From the IMG/VR virus record IMGVR_UViG_3300025018_000215, positions 1 through 46,444 of that record: DNA of 46,444 nt. One strand, given 5' to 3'. The position numbers and the translations under genes are program-made. Source of the DNA: a virus (lineage: Duplodnaviria; Caudoviricetes). The notes below the pieces were generated by a model. That model saw only the letters and a program-made list of their open reading frames with translations. It had not been told where the DNA came from and did no database searches. Below are positions 1 to 10,511 of this stretch, one piece after another; positions within the stretch are counted from its first letter, which is position 1, and each line of letters opens with the position of its first letter.

Positions 1-157
1 AATGGACCTAAGTGGAAAGAACGGTTTAGTACAAAACTTCTTTCCCGATAAAGATGAACAAACTTCTACACCACATAGAAGGTTTTTAGCTGGTGATGGT
101 CAGATGGCTGATGGCGTATACAATCCCTTCACTCGATACGGATATATGTCGCCCGCA
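1..157. repeat. Terminal overlap, copy 1 (circular assembly)
   Basis: 1-157 matches 46288-46444 except one synonymous C/T difference (127 vs 46414). Confidence 0.95.
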
Positions 158-1618
158 AATACAGGGCTAGGAGCAGTAACCGCAGCAACTTCATCATACA
201 ACCAAAGAATAGAATGTGTTCAACTTGATGAGGATAACGATGATTTTTATCTTGCAGGAGGTACTCAGATATGGAAAGGAGATACGGGAGATGATGAAAC
301 TCTAGCTTTACAAAATACAATAACTGACGAGGATGTAACTGACCTTGAAATATATCAAGTTAATGGGGTTAAGAAAATATTCATTAGCTACAACAAGTCT
401 TCTTCTGCTAGTGATATTGGAATTGCTACACTACCATACGCTTCAAACACTGACCAATGGCTTTCTACAACCGTAGGAGGAGACCAATTTAATCTATCTG
501 CCGGTGCAATCCATAAGATGATTGTATCAGATAACGGATTTATGTATGTTCTTGATGGGAACTCACTACATAAGATTGACGGTACAACTAACGGAGGAGC
601 GAACGGTACAGCATCAGCTAACGTACTTGTGTTCCCTCCATATCTTAACCTTTATGATGCGGTAGACTTTCGAGGTAAACTATATATTGTTGTTCAAGAT
701 GTTTCTACTCCCAATTCAGCTATTAAAAGTGGCAAGACTCGGTCTATTCAAGCGGGTATCTATGTATGGGACCGACAATCTACAACAGTAGCATTTACTG
801 ACTTCTTCCCAGTTGAGGGTGTTCAAGCTATACATAAGATATATGTTTCACCTGAAGGGGACGTTAGGATTATGGTAACTACTTCTGATGGTTTGTTTCA
901 AATAAGATCATTTACAGGAAACACATTCAAGACAATACAAGAAGCTGGTGATTCAGCTGCACCTCGCTTTAGAGATGCTGTATCAGTTGGAAATAAATAC
1001 GTTACATGGTTCGGAACAGATGGGTATATGTATGCTCATGGAAAGACTTCTCATTTAGACAAAGAAGGTATCTTTAAATATGGTACTATTGTTAGTGATG
1101 CAAATAATACGTCAGGAGCTATTATCTTTGCAGGAGGAAACTCTCTTGGCTCAAGCTCTATTAGATATGAGGGATTCTATATATCATATAATATTTCTTC
1201 TACAGTTTATGTTAAGAAATGGATTCCTAACGCTCTATCGAGTGCTACCGGTATTGGATTCACGCAAGACTCAGATATTGGAAATGTATATAGCCCACTA
1301 TTTCCTTTGCCAGTAATGAGTACAGTTAAGAACTTGAGGATTTATTGCTTACCGCCAGATTCAACAGGATCAACTGCTACAGCCACAATCAAGTTCTACT
1401 TCAACCAATCAACCACAGCTTCCTTCTCAAAAACACTTACAAGAACTGATATTGCAAAAGGATATATTGACATCGCAATTAACAAGCCATTCGTAACGTC
1501 TATACAGCTCGAGACTGAGTTTAATATTAACCAGCTTGTAGGAGGATTTGATTACTCACCATACCTCGGTGTTCTTGAATATGAGCCAACAAGCACTGCT
1601 AAATCTAATCCAGCATAA
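2..1618 (+). CDS. Virion structural protein, probable tail tube/nozzle (beta-rich); true start at ATG 46274 across the junction (MATLQMDLSG...)
   Basis: 538-aa beta-rich ORF in the structural arm; frame continues from 46274 through the terminal overlap; function inferred from position. Confidence 0.5.
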   Translation: MDLSGKNGLVQNFFPDKDEQTSTPHRRFLAGDGQMADGVYNPFTRYGYMSPANTGLGAVTAATSSYNQRIECVQLDEDNDDFYLAGGTQIWKGDTGDDETLALQNTITDEDVTDLEIYQVNGVKKIFISYNKSSSASDIGIATLPYASNTDQWLSTTVGGDQFNLSAGAIHKMIVSDNGFMYVLDGNSLHKIDGTTNGGANGTASANVLVFPPYLNLYDAVDFRGKLYIVVQDVSTPNSAIKSGKTRSIQAGIYVWDRQSTTVAFTDFFPVEGVQAIHKIYVSPEGDVRIMVTTSDGLFQIRSFTGNTFKTIQEAGDSAAPRFRDAVSVGNKYVTWFGTDGYMYAHGKTSHLDKEGIFKYGTIVSDANNTSGAIIFAGGNSLGSSSIRYEGFYISYNISSTVYVKKWIPNALSSATGIGFTQDSDIGNVYSPLFPLPVMSTVKNLRIYCLPPDSTGSTATATIKFYFNQSTTASFSKTLTRTDIAKGYIDIAINKPFVTSIQLETEFNINQLVGGFDYSPYLGVLEYEPTSTAKSNPA

Positions 1619-1647
1619 TTGATATAATGTCAAGAATGTGGTATAAT
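1619..1647 (+). promoter_or_regulatory. Sigma70-type promoter, extended -10
   Basis: TTGATA-17 bp-TATAAT with TG (TGTGGTATAAT). Confidence 0.75.
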
Positions 1648-1666
1648 ATAACTTAAATAACTAACT

Positions 1667-2896
1667 ATGTCAATAACTGTCGCCGACAATATAACAAACT
1701 TCAATAGTAATATTGGGGACTCATCTACAGACCGAATCTCGGCTGCAGAACGCCTCCAATATATTACAGAAGCAACAGTGTGGTTACAACAAGAACTTGG
1801 TAACGACCACCAGAACTCAACTTATTCGTTAGAGTATTTTGATACTGTAAATGAATACAAAGTAACTGCTGAGATAGCAGACCTTATGGAAGGGTCTGAT
1901 GTTAGACGTGCACGAGGGAAACGAACTGAAGCTTTTACATACAAAGACCCTCGGGAGCTACTTATTGAGATTGACCAGGGATATACAGAGCCATCATATG
2001 CTATTGACAGATACGATAAAGACTGGTATCTTATTGTTAACTTTGATCCTAAACACAAGGCGGGTTACATCTCATCGTGCGATTCTTTTACTGCTGATGG
2101 TGGAACATGGGTTGTTGACGCGGCAACTTCTGATGCAACTAACCTTACTATTGATACTGTAGAATATACAGCAGGTAATGGGTCATTTAACTTCGATATT
2201 GATGTTTCTCAATCAGGAAACAATAAGGCTTCAATCCTTAACTCAACAATGACATCTAAAGATTTGAGCCAGTATGAGGACCTTGCATCATTTATCTTTG
2301 ACGTATACATACCAGATGCTACCTATACGTCCTCTGTGACGCTATTTTGGGGTTCTGACACGTCTAATTACTGGTCAGCAACAGCAACTACAGACATAAA
2401 TGGTAACGCTATTATTGCAGGATGGAATCGAATCCAGATTGCTTGGTCAGCTGCAACTGCTACAGGAACACCTGATGAGACTGCAATCGACTATATGCGG
2501 TTCGATATTAACTTTGGAGCTTCACAAGGAGATGATACAGATTACCGAATCGACAATATTAAAATTGTTATTCCTGAAACAGTAGTCTTTCTATATACTT
2601 CATGGTATGTTGGAACAGCTACAGACGGGACAACTGAAAAGACAGCCTTCACAGCAACTACAGATATTCCATTCTACTCGGGGCAATATGATAACTACCG
2701 ATTTGCAGTCGGCCACAAAGCAGCTGCACTCGCCTTCAAGAACTTGAGACTACCACAAGAAGCAACTGTTGAGGATCAAGAAGCTTACCGAAGTTTACAA
2801 ACAATACGAGATAGGATTCCTTCATCTACTCCTAAACAAACAAAAATGTTTAAACCAGTAGGAATTAACTTTCGAGCAAAACGAGGAAGAAGATAG
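1667..2896 (+). CDS. Virion protein, probable head-tail adaptor/tail tube A with an inserted beta-sandwich domain
   Basis: 409 aa; helical termini around a beta-rich core; position in the tail module. Confidence 0.45.
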   Translation: MSITVADNITNFNSNIGDSSTDRISAAERLQYITEATVWLQQELGNDHQNSTYSLEYFDTVNEYKVTAEIADLMEGSDVRRARGKRTEAFTYKDPRELLIEIDQGYTEPSYAIDRYDKDWYLIVNFDPKHKAGYISSCDSFTADGGTWVVDAATSDATNLTIDTVEYTAGNGSFNFDIDVSQSGNNKASILNSTMTSKDLSQYEDLASFIFDVYIPDATYTSSVTLFWGSDTSNYWSATATTDINGNAIIAGWNRIQIAWSAATATGTPDETAIDYMRFDINFGASQGDDTDYRIDNIKIVIPETVVFLYTSWYVGTATDGTTEKTAFTATTDIPFYSGQYDNYRFAVGHKAAALAFKNLRLPQEATVEDQEAYRSLQTIRDRIPSSTPKQTKMFKPVGINFRAKRGRR

Positions 2897-2904
2897 TATG
2901 GTCA

Positions 2905-2933
2905 TTGACTGTATTACCAAATTATGATATAAT
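2905..2933 (+). promoter_or_regulatory. Sigma70-type promoter
   Basis: TTGACT-17 bp-TATAAT with extended TG. Confidence 0.75.
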
Positions 2934-2941
2934 ATATAAAA

Positions 2942-4141
2942 ATGGCAACTCAATTAGAAACACAGCAAAATGCAAATGCAGCTTCTGCAGGTAATGTAGT
3001 AACTGATACTTCTACACCTGCAACTGACCAAAATACTGCAATCATAAGTGAGATTCAAAACCAACTGTTAAACCAGTCAGGTTCTCTTTCGTCTTCAAAC
3101 ACAGCTATTGAGGATGCTATAAACAGTGCGATTGGTAAGACTTCTACAGCAACAGAAGCTTCTAAAGGTGCAACAAACCTTTCTTTTGATAGGCAAGTTG
3201 GAGAAGCTAAACAAGCTGGTGAGCAACAACTAACTTCTTTCCAGGAGGCTACACGAGGATTTGCAACCAATACGGCCGCAATGAAACAGCTAACCGAAAG
3301 TACTAATAAAGAAGTTAAGGATCTCGAGTCAAGACGACAAGAGCTACTTCTGACAGCAGACGCAGCAGGAGCACAGCAAGTAAGTAATCTTATTTTACAG
3401 AAGCTTCAATTCCAACAACAGGCTAAACAAGCTGCATTTACAAACCTATTGAGCCTAGGTAACTTTGCTATGGCACAAGAAGGTCAAAATCTACAGAAAC
3501 GACAACTATCATTCCAAGAACAAGAATCTATGGCAGGAATCGCCCTACAGTATGGTATTGAGCTAAAACCAGGAGATACTCTCGATACAGTAACCGCACG
3601 TGCTCTACCATTTGCATCAGAGAAACAGAGGGCAGAACTTAATCAAATGAAAGCTGAGACAGCAAGAATCAAAGCTGAGACATCTAAGGTTATCCAGGAC
3701 GGTAAAGCTTCTAATGACCCACTTGTTATTGCAACATTGGCGGCAGCTGCACGAAAAGATCCTAACGTTTATAATACTATTAAGGACCCTTCGACATACG
3801 CTAAGGTTGTTATTGAGGCAAACAAACCACAAGAATATTCTACTACAGAGCTAACAGCTGGAATTATGGCACAGAAGACTCGAGATGTTTCATATGAAGA
3901 TGCGAAGGCTATAATTGAGTCAGATGACTCAATTCTAAACAAGGATGTAGCCCTAAGTTTAGTTGATAAGGCTTACGGTAAAGGAGGTCCAGCTAAGAAA
4001 CCAACAACACTCGCTAGCACAACTATAGGACTTGGAAATACAGTAATCGGAGCACAAAAAAGTGTACTTGACTTTATCTTTGGACCAGATAATGTAAATA
4101 GTCCAAACTTCCTAGGAGGAGTTTACAGCGATAATCAATAA
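2942..4141 (+). CDS. Putative internal virion (ejection) protein, coiled-coil
   Basis: 399 aa, Q/A-rich helical; lies between tail genes and a large internal protein as in podoviruses. Confidence 0.5.
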   Translation: MATQLETQQNANAASAGNVVTDTSTPATDQNTAIISEIQNQLLNQSGSLSSSNTAIEDAINSAIGKTSTATEASKGATNLSFDRQVGEAKQAGEQQLTSFQEATRGFATNTAAMKQLTESTNKEVKDLESRRQELLLTADAAGAQQVSNLILQKLQFQQQAKQAAFTNLLSLGNFAMAQEGQNLQKRQLSFQEQESMAGIALQYGIELKPGDTLDTVTARALPFASEKQRAELNQMKAETARIKAETSKVIQDGKASNDPLVIATLAAAARKDPNVYNTIKDPSTYAKVVIEANKPQEYSTTELTAGIMAQKTRDVSYEDAKAIIESDDSILNKDVALSLVDKAYGKGGPAKKPTTLASTTIGLGNTVIGAQKSVLDFIFGPDNVNSPNFLGGVYSDNQ

Positions 4142-4144
4142 AAT

Positions 4145-7100
4145 ATGGGACTTTTTTCTAATCAACAAAACACATCAGGTGGTTTGTTTGGTTCGAGCAC
4201 AGGTGGTTCTTCAGTTAGAGGACCTTCTAATAGCTTTGACTTAAACACATCAGAAGGGCTACTAAACATCGCCCGATCTAAAGGTGGTAATATTGCTGAG
4301 GCAGCAGAAGAGATAGCAAATCCTACTACCGGTATATTATCTACAATAGGTAATGGACTCAAGAACTCCTTTAAGGGGTTTGTTGATGTTATCTCAATTC
4401 CTAATCAGATTGTTGCAGGTGCTATATCAAAAGACTATACAGTTGGAGAGGCTATTAAAGAAAATATATCTACATCAGATGTTATCTTTGGTGAGCTAAA
4501 CCCAGACTCATCTACTATGCAAAAGGTAGGTGGATTTGTTGCTCGAACAGCTGTTGATATGCTATTGGACCCACTTACATATGTAACATTTGGGGCTAGT
4601 GGTTCGATGTTTGGTGCTAAGGCAGTAAGTAAGATTACTGTGCGAGGTGCCGCGGCTAAATCAATTGGACTTGCTGATGAAGCTGCTGTTGCTCTTTCAA
4701 AAGAAGGAGTACAAACTCTTAATTATCTGAAGAAAGTTGAGGCGCAAGTTACAGGCCTTACTAAAGGTATTGATATGGCTGAAAGACTTAAATATTACAA
4801 AGAAGGAAAGGCTATACGTGCAGCTTCAGGATTGGGTGATGAAGCTTTTGACCTTGCAGGAGATGAGCTTAAAACCCTCCTACGAAGTACAATTGACGCA
4901 CCTCTTGACCCAGACTTTGCAAAACTTGCTATGTCTAATCTTTTGGAGAAGGCACCTCAGTTAACAGAAACTCTTCTTGATAAAGGAGGTATGAAGTTCT
5001 TCAACCAAACTATCCTATCTGGACAAAGAATAAGAACAGCTACAAGAATGGTACCTGGAATGACGGCACTCGACAATATGACTGCCCCAATACGAGGAAC
5101 ACTCAACGCTATGTTTGACCCTAAAATGGTAAAGAATGGGGACAAATGGGTAAGAGTTCCCGAAGAATATAATGATATAATTCAGAAGGCAAAAGACCTT
5201 GCTGACTCAATGAAGGATGATAGGGTAGGACAACTCTCTAATATAATCTCAGGAAACAAGCTAACAACAACTGAAGCTAAGTTTTTGACCGCAGCAGTTG
5301 AAGCGGGGAAGATGCCATCAGATCCCCGACTAGCCAATGCCTTCAAACAACTAATGGGATATAATGATAAAGAACTTGACTTCTTACGGAGCCAGGGTAT
5401 TCGCGTTTCAAAGTTGGATAATCACGCACCACACATTTTAAATAAACAAAAGGACAATGGTGCTATGATGTTCCGACCTACACCACCTAAAGAAGCTGTT
5501 AATGCGGCTAAACAAAGAAAGATCGAGGGTTCTATCTTCTCGGGAGACTTTGAACAGCTTGACGAAGTAGAAAAAGCATTGCTTGGTAAAAGCCAAAAGA
5601 AAGCTGATGATCTACTGGCTGAAATGGTAAATGATGGATTTGAAGGGTTTGAGCAAAATCTACTTGTCGCCCACACTATGCGTTCTATGGATAACGTGTC
5701 AGCAGGAGTTACAAAAGATATGCTTAAAACTGTATCTGAGAACTTTGGAATAAAAGCTGCTAATGCACCTGAAGGGTATGTTGGATTGAAGTTCGGTAGT
5801 TTTGGAAAAGAGGAAGAGTTCTTTAAACGACTTGGTCTAGACACTGAGGCTGTTCGATTCCATCCTGCTATTGCGAAACATCTCGAGACATTTGTTGGTT
5901 CAGCTATATCTGATCCCGCTTCTAACGAGTTCCTGAAAGCTTTTGACAGTATACAGAACCTTTGGAAAGCATCAGTTACATCTATTTTCCCAGCCTTTCA
6001 CGGACGAAATGCTCTATCTAATGTATTCCTAAACTTTAATGATATTGGGCTTGAGGCTCTTAATCCTAAGACAAGTTTCCAAGCTACTCAAATGCTTAAA
6101 TGGGATATGGATGTGTCGAAACTTTCAAAGGCGGCCGCCGGAATAGGCGATGATGCCTTAAAAGCACAGGACGAACTAACAGATCTTCTTGCTAAAGACA
6201 TATTCACTGATGCTTTTGGAAAGAAATGGAGCTTTGGTGAATTAAGACAGACTATGAAAAATAACAACATTGCTTTCAATGAAGGTATCGTTGGACCTAT
6301 TGATATTACTAAAGGTACAGATGAGATTGTTTCATCACTACCATTCAACCGAAGTCTCATACCTACAAGCAAGTCTGAAGGTGTAAGACTAGCAAAGAAA
6401 GTTCTTCCTGTAGGACAAGACTTTAAACCATTCGTTGTTGGGCGACGAGTTGGTAAGGCTGTTGAGGAACAATCACGTGCACTTAACTTCATGACAAACC
6501 TACGAAAGACAGGTGATGTGACTCTAGCAGCTCAAAGAACAAAGCAATTCCTATTTGACTACAACAACCTAACTAACTTTGAGCGAACATTTATGAAGAG
6601 ACTTCTGCCATTCTATTCCTTCACAAGAAAGAACCTTGAGGCACAGATGGTTACTCTGTTCTCTTCACCAGGACGAACAGCCGCTCAAATTACAGCAGTA
6701 ACTAACCTGGGGGATGCTATCTCAGGACAGAAACTAACAAAAGAGGAGGAAGCAGCACTGCCAGAATGGATTAAATCAGGTATCTCTATTCTTAAATCAA
6801 AGAACGGTGGAATTGCAGAAATATTTGGATCACTCGGTACACCTATTGAGGCACCATTCTCTTCACTACAGCCTAACGCCTTGCTCGGATCACTCTCTCC
6901 TCTTATGCGAGTACCTATGGAGGAAGCAACAGGTTATAACTTCTTTCAAGGTAAGCCTATATCTGAAGTAACTAATGCTACAGCCTTCGCTCGAGCACCT
7001 AAGTTTGTAAAGGATATGATAGGATATACAGAAATTCAAGGAAATCGTTCAGATGGTTCTACATATACGATGAACGTAGCTCTACGACCAAAGATGATGC

Positions 7101-7348
7101 ACTTATTCTTGAATCTGCCACCTACTACGCGAGTCCTTACTGCTTTGAAGCAGATGGAAACTGTAGATGTGTCCACACAAGGAAAGATTGCACAGCAACT
7201 CATCGGAGTTAAAGCCTTCTCATTTGACCTCGAGCAAGAACAACAAAAAAGAGAAAAGGAACTGCGAGGAGATCTTGAAGAGCTACTAACTAATGCAGGA
7301 GTAACCTATCAGTTCACACGAACATTCATTCCTAAACAGAATAAATAG
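4145..7348 (+). CDS. Large putative internal virion/DNA-ejection protein
   Basis: 1067 aa, helical; C-terminal FLFDY...LLPFYSF segment resembles podovirus internal proteins; last gene of the structural arm. Confidence 0.55.
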   Translation: MGLFSNQQNTSGGLFGSSTGGSSVRGPSNSFDLNTSEGLLNIARSKGGNIAEAAEEIANPTTGILSTIGNGLKNSFKGFVDVISIPNQIVAGAISKDYTVGEAIKENISTSDVIFGELNPDSSTMQKVGGFVARTAVDMLLDPLTYVTFGASGSMFGAKAVSKITVRGAAAKSIGLADEAAVALSKEGVQTLNYLKKVEAQVTGLTKGIDMAERLKYYKEGKAIRAASGLGDEAFDLAGDELKTLLRSTIDAPLDPDFAKLAMSNLLEKAPQLTETLLDKGGMKFFNQTILSGQRIRTATRMVPGMTALDNMTAPIRGTLNAMFDPKMVKNGDKWVRVPEEYNDIIQKAKDLADSMKDDRVGQLSNIISGNKLTTTEAKFLTAAVEAGKMPSDPRLANAFKQLMGYNDKELDFLRSQGIRVSKLDNHAPHILNKQKDNGAMMFRPTPPKEAVNAAKQRKIEGSIFSGDFEQLDEVEKALLGKSQKKADDLLAEMVNDGFEGFEQNLLVAHTMRSMDNVSAGVTKDMLKTVSENFGIKAANAPEGYVGLKFGSFGKEEEFFKRLGLDTEAVRFHPAIAKHLETFVGSAISDPASNEFLKAFDSIQNLWKASVTSIFPAFHGRNALSNVFLNFNDIGLEALNPKTSFQATQMLKWDMDVSKLSKAAAGIGDDALKAQDELTDLLAKDIFTDAFGKKWSFGELRQTMKNNNIAFNEGIVGPIDITKGTDEIVSSLPFNRSLIPTSKSEGVRLAKKVLPVGQDFKPFVVGRRVGKAVEEQSRALNFMTNLRKTGDVTLAAQRTKQFLFDYNNLTNFERTFMKRLLPFYSFTRKNLEAQMVTLFSSPGRTAAQITAVTNLGDAISGQKLTKEEEAALPEWIKSGISILKSKNGGIAEIFGSLGTPIEAPFSSLQPNALLGSLSPLMRVPMEEATGYNFFQGKPISEVTNATAFARAPKFVKDMIGYTEIQGNRSDGSTYTMNVALRPKMMHLFLNLPPTTRVLTALKQMETVDVSTQGKIAQQLIGVKAFSFDLEQEQQKREKELRGDLEELLTNAGVTYQFTRTFIPKQNK

Positions 7349-7352
7349 CAAC

Positions 7353-7403
7353 TAAGCAAAACAAAAACCACTCATTATGCCTGAGTGGTTTTTGTTTTGC
7401 TTA
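7353..7403. terminator. Bidirectional intrinsic terminator
   Basis: Perfect 22-bp inverted repeat TAAGCAAAACAAAAACCACTCA/TGAGTGGTTTTTGTTTTGCTTA between convergent genes. Confidence 0.85.
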
Positions 7404-7733
7404 CTACTTATTTACCCAATAGATATCTTCGTCTCGCACGATTAGGTAGTCTACACCATCGTGGCGAATCTTTGATGCTGAATACTTTTGAAATAGGATT
7501 ATATCCCCTTCCTTAGCACTGACTGGAAGCCTAACCCCAGTCTCCAACATCTTTCCTTCTCCAATACCCACAACCTCTCCATATTCAGGTTTGTCATCAT
7601 AGCCCTGAGGTTTAACGACCTTACCTGACTTTTCGAGCACAATAGGTTTCACTAGAACACTATCATGCAACATTGAACCTTTTAGTAAATCAATACTAGG
7701 CTTTTGGTTTAGTTTCTTTTGTGTCTGTGCCAT
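7404..7733 (-). CDS. groES: Co-chaperonin GroES (Cpn10)
   Basis: LHDSVLVK, GEVVGIGEG, KEGDIILFQKYS, YLIVRDEDI motifs. Confidence 0.93.
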   Translation of the reverse strand: MAQTQKKLNQKPSIDLLKGSMLHDSVLVKPIVLEKSGKVVKPQGYDDKPEYGEVVGIGEGKMLETGVRLPVSAKEGDIILFQKYSASKIRHDGVDYLIVRDEDIYWVNK

Positions 7734-7935
7734 AGTTCTTGATATTATTTAATTCTAGTTTTGGAACAACGGTTATGTCCCATTTCTTTATTAGTAACTG
7801 AAGCTCAGCCTTGAACCCATCTGCTCGCATCTGGATATCTTTCTGAATTTCAGCTAAATCTGCCTGTGCCTTTGCTTCTTTCTTTGAATCTGCTTTAACT
7901 GCTTTTCGTTTAATTGCTCGTTTTGCTTTTGCCAT
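7696..7935 (-). CDS. Small basic/helical protein between groEL and groES
   Basis: 79 aa, overlaps both neighbours on the same strand. Confidence 0.65.
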   Translation of the reverse strand: MAKAKRAIKRKAVKADSKKEAKAQADLAEIQKDIQMRADGFKAELQLLIKKWDITVVPKLELNNIKNYGTDTKETKPKA

Positions 7936-9496
7936 TTTCTTGTTTTTCTATTTTATTAATAATTAGATGATTACTACTTAGTATCTGAGAGGCTACTGAT
8001 ACAGAGTTTGTGATCGACATCTCTGTTACAAGATATGGATCAGTTACTCCAGCCTTACTCAAATCCTCCACTGCACCTGTCATCGCGTTATAACCGAAGC
8101 TACCACCCTTCTTGTTTATATCCCGCATGATAGTTTCAGCATGTTCACCACAGTTCTCTGCGATTTGGCGAATATTAGCCTCACTATACTTTCGGAATAA
8201 TGGTAGAAGTTCTGCATCAATCTCAGTCGCCTCCAATTTATGAAAGGCATTTTTAATTGATATACCACCACCTACAAGATAACCATCCTTCATAGCTGCC
8301 CTTGTAGCTGATATAGCATCCTCAAAGCGATAGATATTCTCATTGATTTCGATGTTTGTAGCACCTCCAATCTTAATTGTTACCATACCACGAGTTAGAG
8401 AAGCGAGTCGAGACTTTAGAACCTTATCATCCTTGTTCTTTTCAAGCTCTCCTTTAATCATCTTTACTCGGTCTTTGAGTCGTTTTGTTTTCTTTGATGA
8501 AACTACAAGTGTTTTTGTTGGGTCAGAATAAACTTTTTCAACAAGAACGAAGTCATCAATTGTAATATTATCAACGATACTTCCTGTCTTTTCACTTATA
8601 ACATTACCATCCACATATGTTGCAAGGTCCTGCATTGATTCATTATCTTTCTCAGTACACTTTGGATCCTTAACCAACAACACTTTACATACTCCTTCAG
8701 TGTGGTTAGCAATGAATGTATTTATTGATTGTCCAATAAAGTCTCGAGCAACTACAACCACTTGATCGTAACCTGCTTGCAATACTGTGTTTAGGATTGT
8801 TTCAGCTTCTTCTGAGTAGTAAATCCTCTTATCAGTAATGAACATTGGAGCATTTAGATAGGTTGCGTTCATCTGATTAGATGTTCGAAGTTCTGGACCA
8901 AGCATACCGCTTTCGATATTAAATCCAATCTCCTCAATAATCTCTGTTTCATTCTTCTTGTTTGGCTCAAGAAAGACCATTCCTTCGAGGCCGGCTGTTT
9001 TAACAACCTGAAGAACCTCCTTTGCAATCTTATGGTCGTTATTTGACGAAATTAAAGCTATGTTGTATAGTTCTTTGTCATTCTTGACCTTAATAGCACC
9101 CTTCTTTATCTCGGCAATTATTCGGTCCTTAAATAGCTCGAGCTGCTTCTTTAGGTCCATAGGATTCCATCCTGAATCAATAAGCTTGAAGCCTTCTTTG
9201 ATTAGAACTGAAGACAATAGAACCGTTGTAGATGTACCATCACCAGCATCATTGTTAGTACGGAGTGATGCCCCCTTAACAACTTCAATGATTGCATTTT
9301 CAATAGGGTCTTCAACTGTAATATTCTTTGCAATTGTTACTCCATCGTTTGATGATACCACTGAACCATTTGCATTTTCAAACAGTACATTGCGACCTTT
9401 AGGCCCCATAGTACCAACGATTGGATCAGCAAGTGTACTTACACCACGTAGAATTTGTTCTCTTATATCTTTGAAATTATGTACTTCTTTTATCAT
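7910..9496 (-). CDS. groEL: Chaperonin GroEL (Cpn60), divergent
   Basis: TMGPKGRNV, NDGVTIAK, AGDGTSTT, EDAISATRAA, GGG, GYNA, GVTDP motifs; no C-terminal GGM tail. Confidence 0.96.
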   Translation of the reverse strand: MIKEVHNFKDIREQILRGVSTLADPIVGTMGPKGRNVLFENANGSVVSSNDGVTIAKNITVEDPIENAIIEVVKGASLRTNNDAGDGTSTTVLLSSVLIKEGFKLIDSGWNPMDLKKQLELFKDRIIAEIKKGAIKVKNDKELYNIALISSNNDHKIAKEVLQVVKTAGLEGMVFLEPNKKNETEIIEEIGFNIESGMLGPELRTSNQMNATYLNAPMFITDKRIYYSEEAETILNTVLQAGYDQVVVVARDFIGQSINTFIANHTEGVCKVLLVKDPKCTEKDNESMQDLATYVDGNVISEKTGSIVDNITIDDFVLVEKVYSDPTKTLVVSSKKTKRLKDRVKMIKGELEKNKDDKVLKSRLASLTRGMVTIKIGGATNIEINENIYRFEDAISATRAAMKDGYLVGGGISIKNAFHKLEATEIDAELLPLFRKYSEANIRQIAENCGEHAETIMRDINKKGGSFGYNAMTGAVEDLSKAGVTDPYLVTEMSITNSVSVASQILSSNHLIINKIEKQENGKSKTSN

Positions 9497-9504
9497 TTTC
9501 TAAA

Positions 9505-9533
9505 TTGATTTTATTACTTAAATATGGTATAAT
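9505..9533 (+). promoter_or_regulatory. Promoter for the lysis genes
   Basis: TTGATT-17 bp-TATAAT with extended TG. Confidence 0.7.
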
Positions 9534-9583
9534 ATACTCATATTAATAACTAGTCTAAGTATCTATTTGTTTGTAATACATCT

Positions 9584-9620
9584 ATTATAACATACAGTAT
9601 CGCAAATTGCAAGTGGATAA
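9584..9620 (-). promoter_or_regulatory. Promoter for the groEL operon with an adjoining DnaA-box-like site
   Basis: Minus strand TTATCCAC-TTGCAA-17 bp-TATAAT. Confidence 0.7.
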
Positions 9621-9645
9621 CTATAAAGAGAAAAGCAACTTTCCC

Positions 9646-9879
9646 ATGACCGAAAACGCTATGAAAACATTACGAGAAAACTGGATGATATTGGTATTTA
9701 TTGTGAGTATGATTATTACCTGGACACAGTTTCAGAACAGAATTGCCACACTTGAATTGAGTGTGGCAAAACTAGACTCGCGTGTAGAAGCTAACGTTGG
9801 GACACTAACAGGATTAAAGACAGATATTGCAGAGATAAAAGTATCTCTAGAGTACATTAAAACAGCACTTTCAAAATAA
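9646..9879 (+). CDS. Putative holin (single TM plus coiled coil)
   Basis: Hydrophobic WMILVFIVSMIITW; translationally coupled (TAATG) to the M23 peptidase. Confidence 0.6.
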   Translation: MTENAMKTLRENWMILVFIVSMIITWTQFQNRIATLELSVAKLDSRVEANVGTLTGLKTDIAEIKVSLEYIKTALSK

Positions 9880-10475
9880 TGAACGACAAATTTTTATATC
9901 AACCAGTAAGCCCATTCATTCTGAATCAGAAGTTTGGGCAAAATAACGCATGTATCTCACTTGATGGTGCACAGAAAGTAATCAACTGTGATGGTAATAA
10001 CCCTCCAGATGGTTATCGTTCTGTATACAACGAAAATGGGCACACTGGTATAGATCTCCGGGCTTTTCATGGAAAGGAAGTCTATTGTGCACAGCGGGGG
10101 CGTGTAGTCCATATTGACACACAAGAACGTTCAGGACTCGATGTACGAATCGAATCAGAGGTAAATGGAAAGAAGTATTTACATATTTATGAGCACCTTC
10201 TAGGTTATCAGCCACAAAAAGGAGACTGGGTAGAAACTGGCCAGCTGATTGGATGGGCGGACAACACAGGTTACAGCTCAGGAGACCACCTACACTTTGA
10301 ATTGCGAGATGAAGATGGAAACTCACTCGATCCAATGCTCTATATGGTTCCTATTTTTGCTAAAGATATGCTTGCTGTGAACAATACACTACTCTATCTT
10401 ACGGAACAAGTAGCTAAACTTGCCGACAATGTGGCGAGTTATTTGAGGGATATTCGAACAAAGAAGAGTCTATAG
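9879..10475 (+). CDS. M23-family peptidase, putative endolysin
   Basis: HTGID, YEHL, NTGYSSGDHLHFE, DP motifs. Confidence 0.9.
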   Translation: MNDKFLYQPVSPFILNQKFGQNNACISLDGAQKVINCDGNNPPDGYRSVYNENGHTGIDLRAFHGKEVYCAQRGRVVHIDTQERSGLDVRIESEVNGKKYLHIYEHLLGYQPQKGDWVETGQLIGWADNTGYSSGDHLHFELRDEDGNSLDPMLYMVPIFAKDMLAVNNTLLYLTEQVAKLADNVASYLRDIRTKKSL

Positions 10476-10476
10476 C

Positions 10477-10505
10477 TTGCATAGTATTACCTAATATGGT
10501 ATAAT
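10477..10505 (+). promoter_or_regulatory. Sigma70-type promoter
   Basis: TTGCAT-17 bp-TATAAT with extended TG. Confidence 0.7.
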
Positions 10506-10511
10506 AATGTA

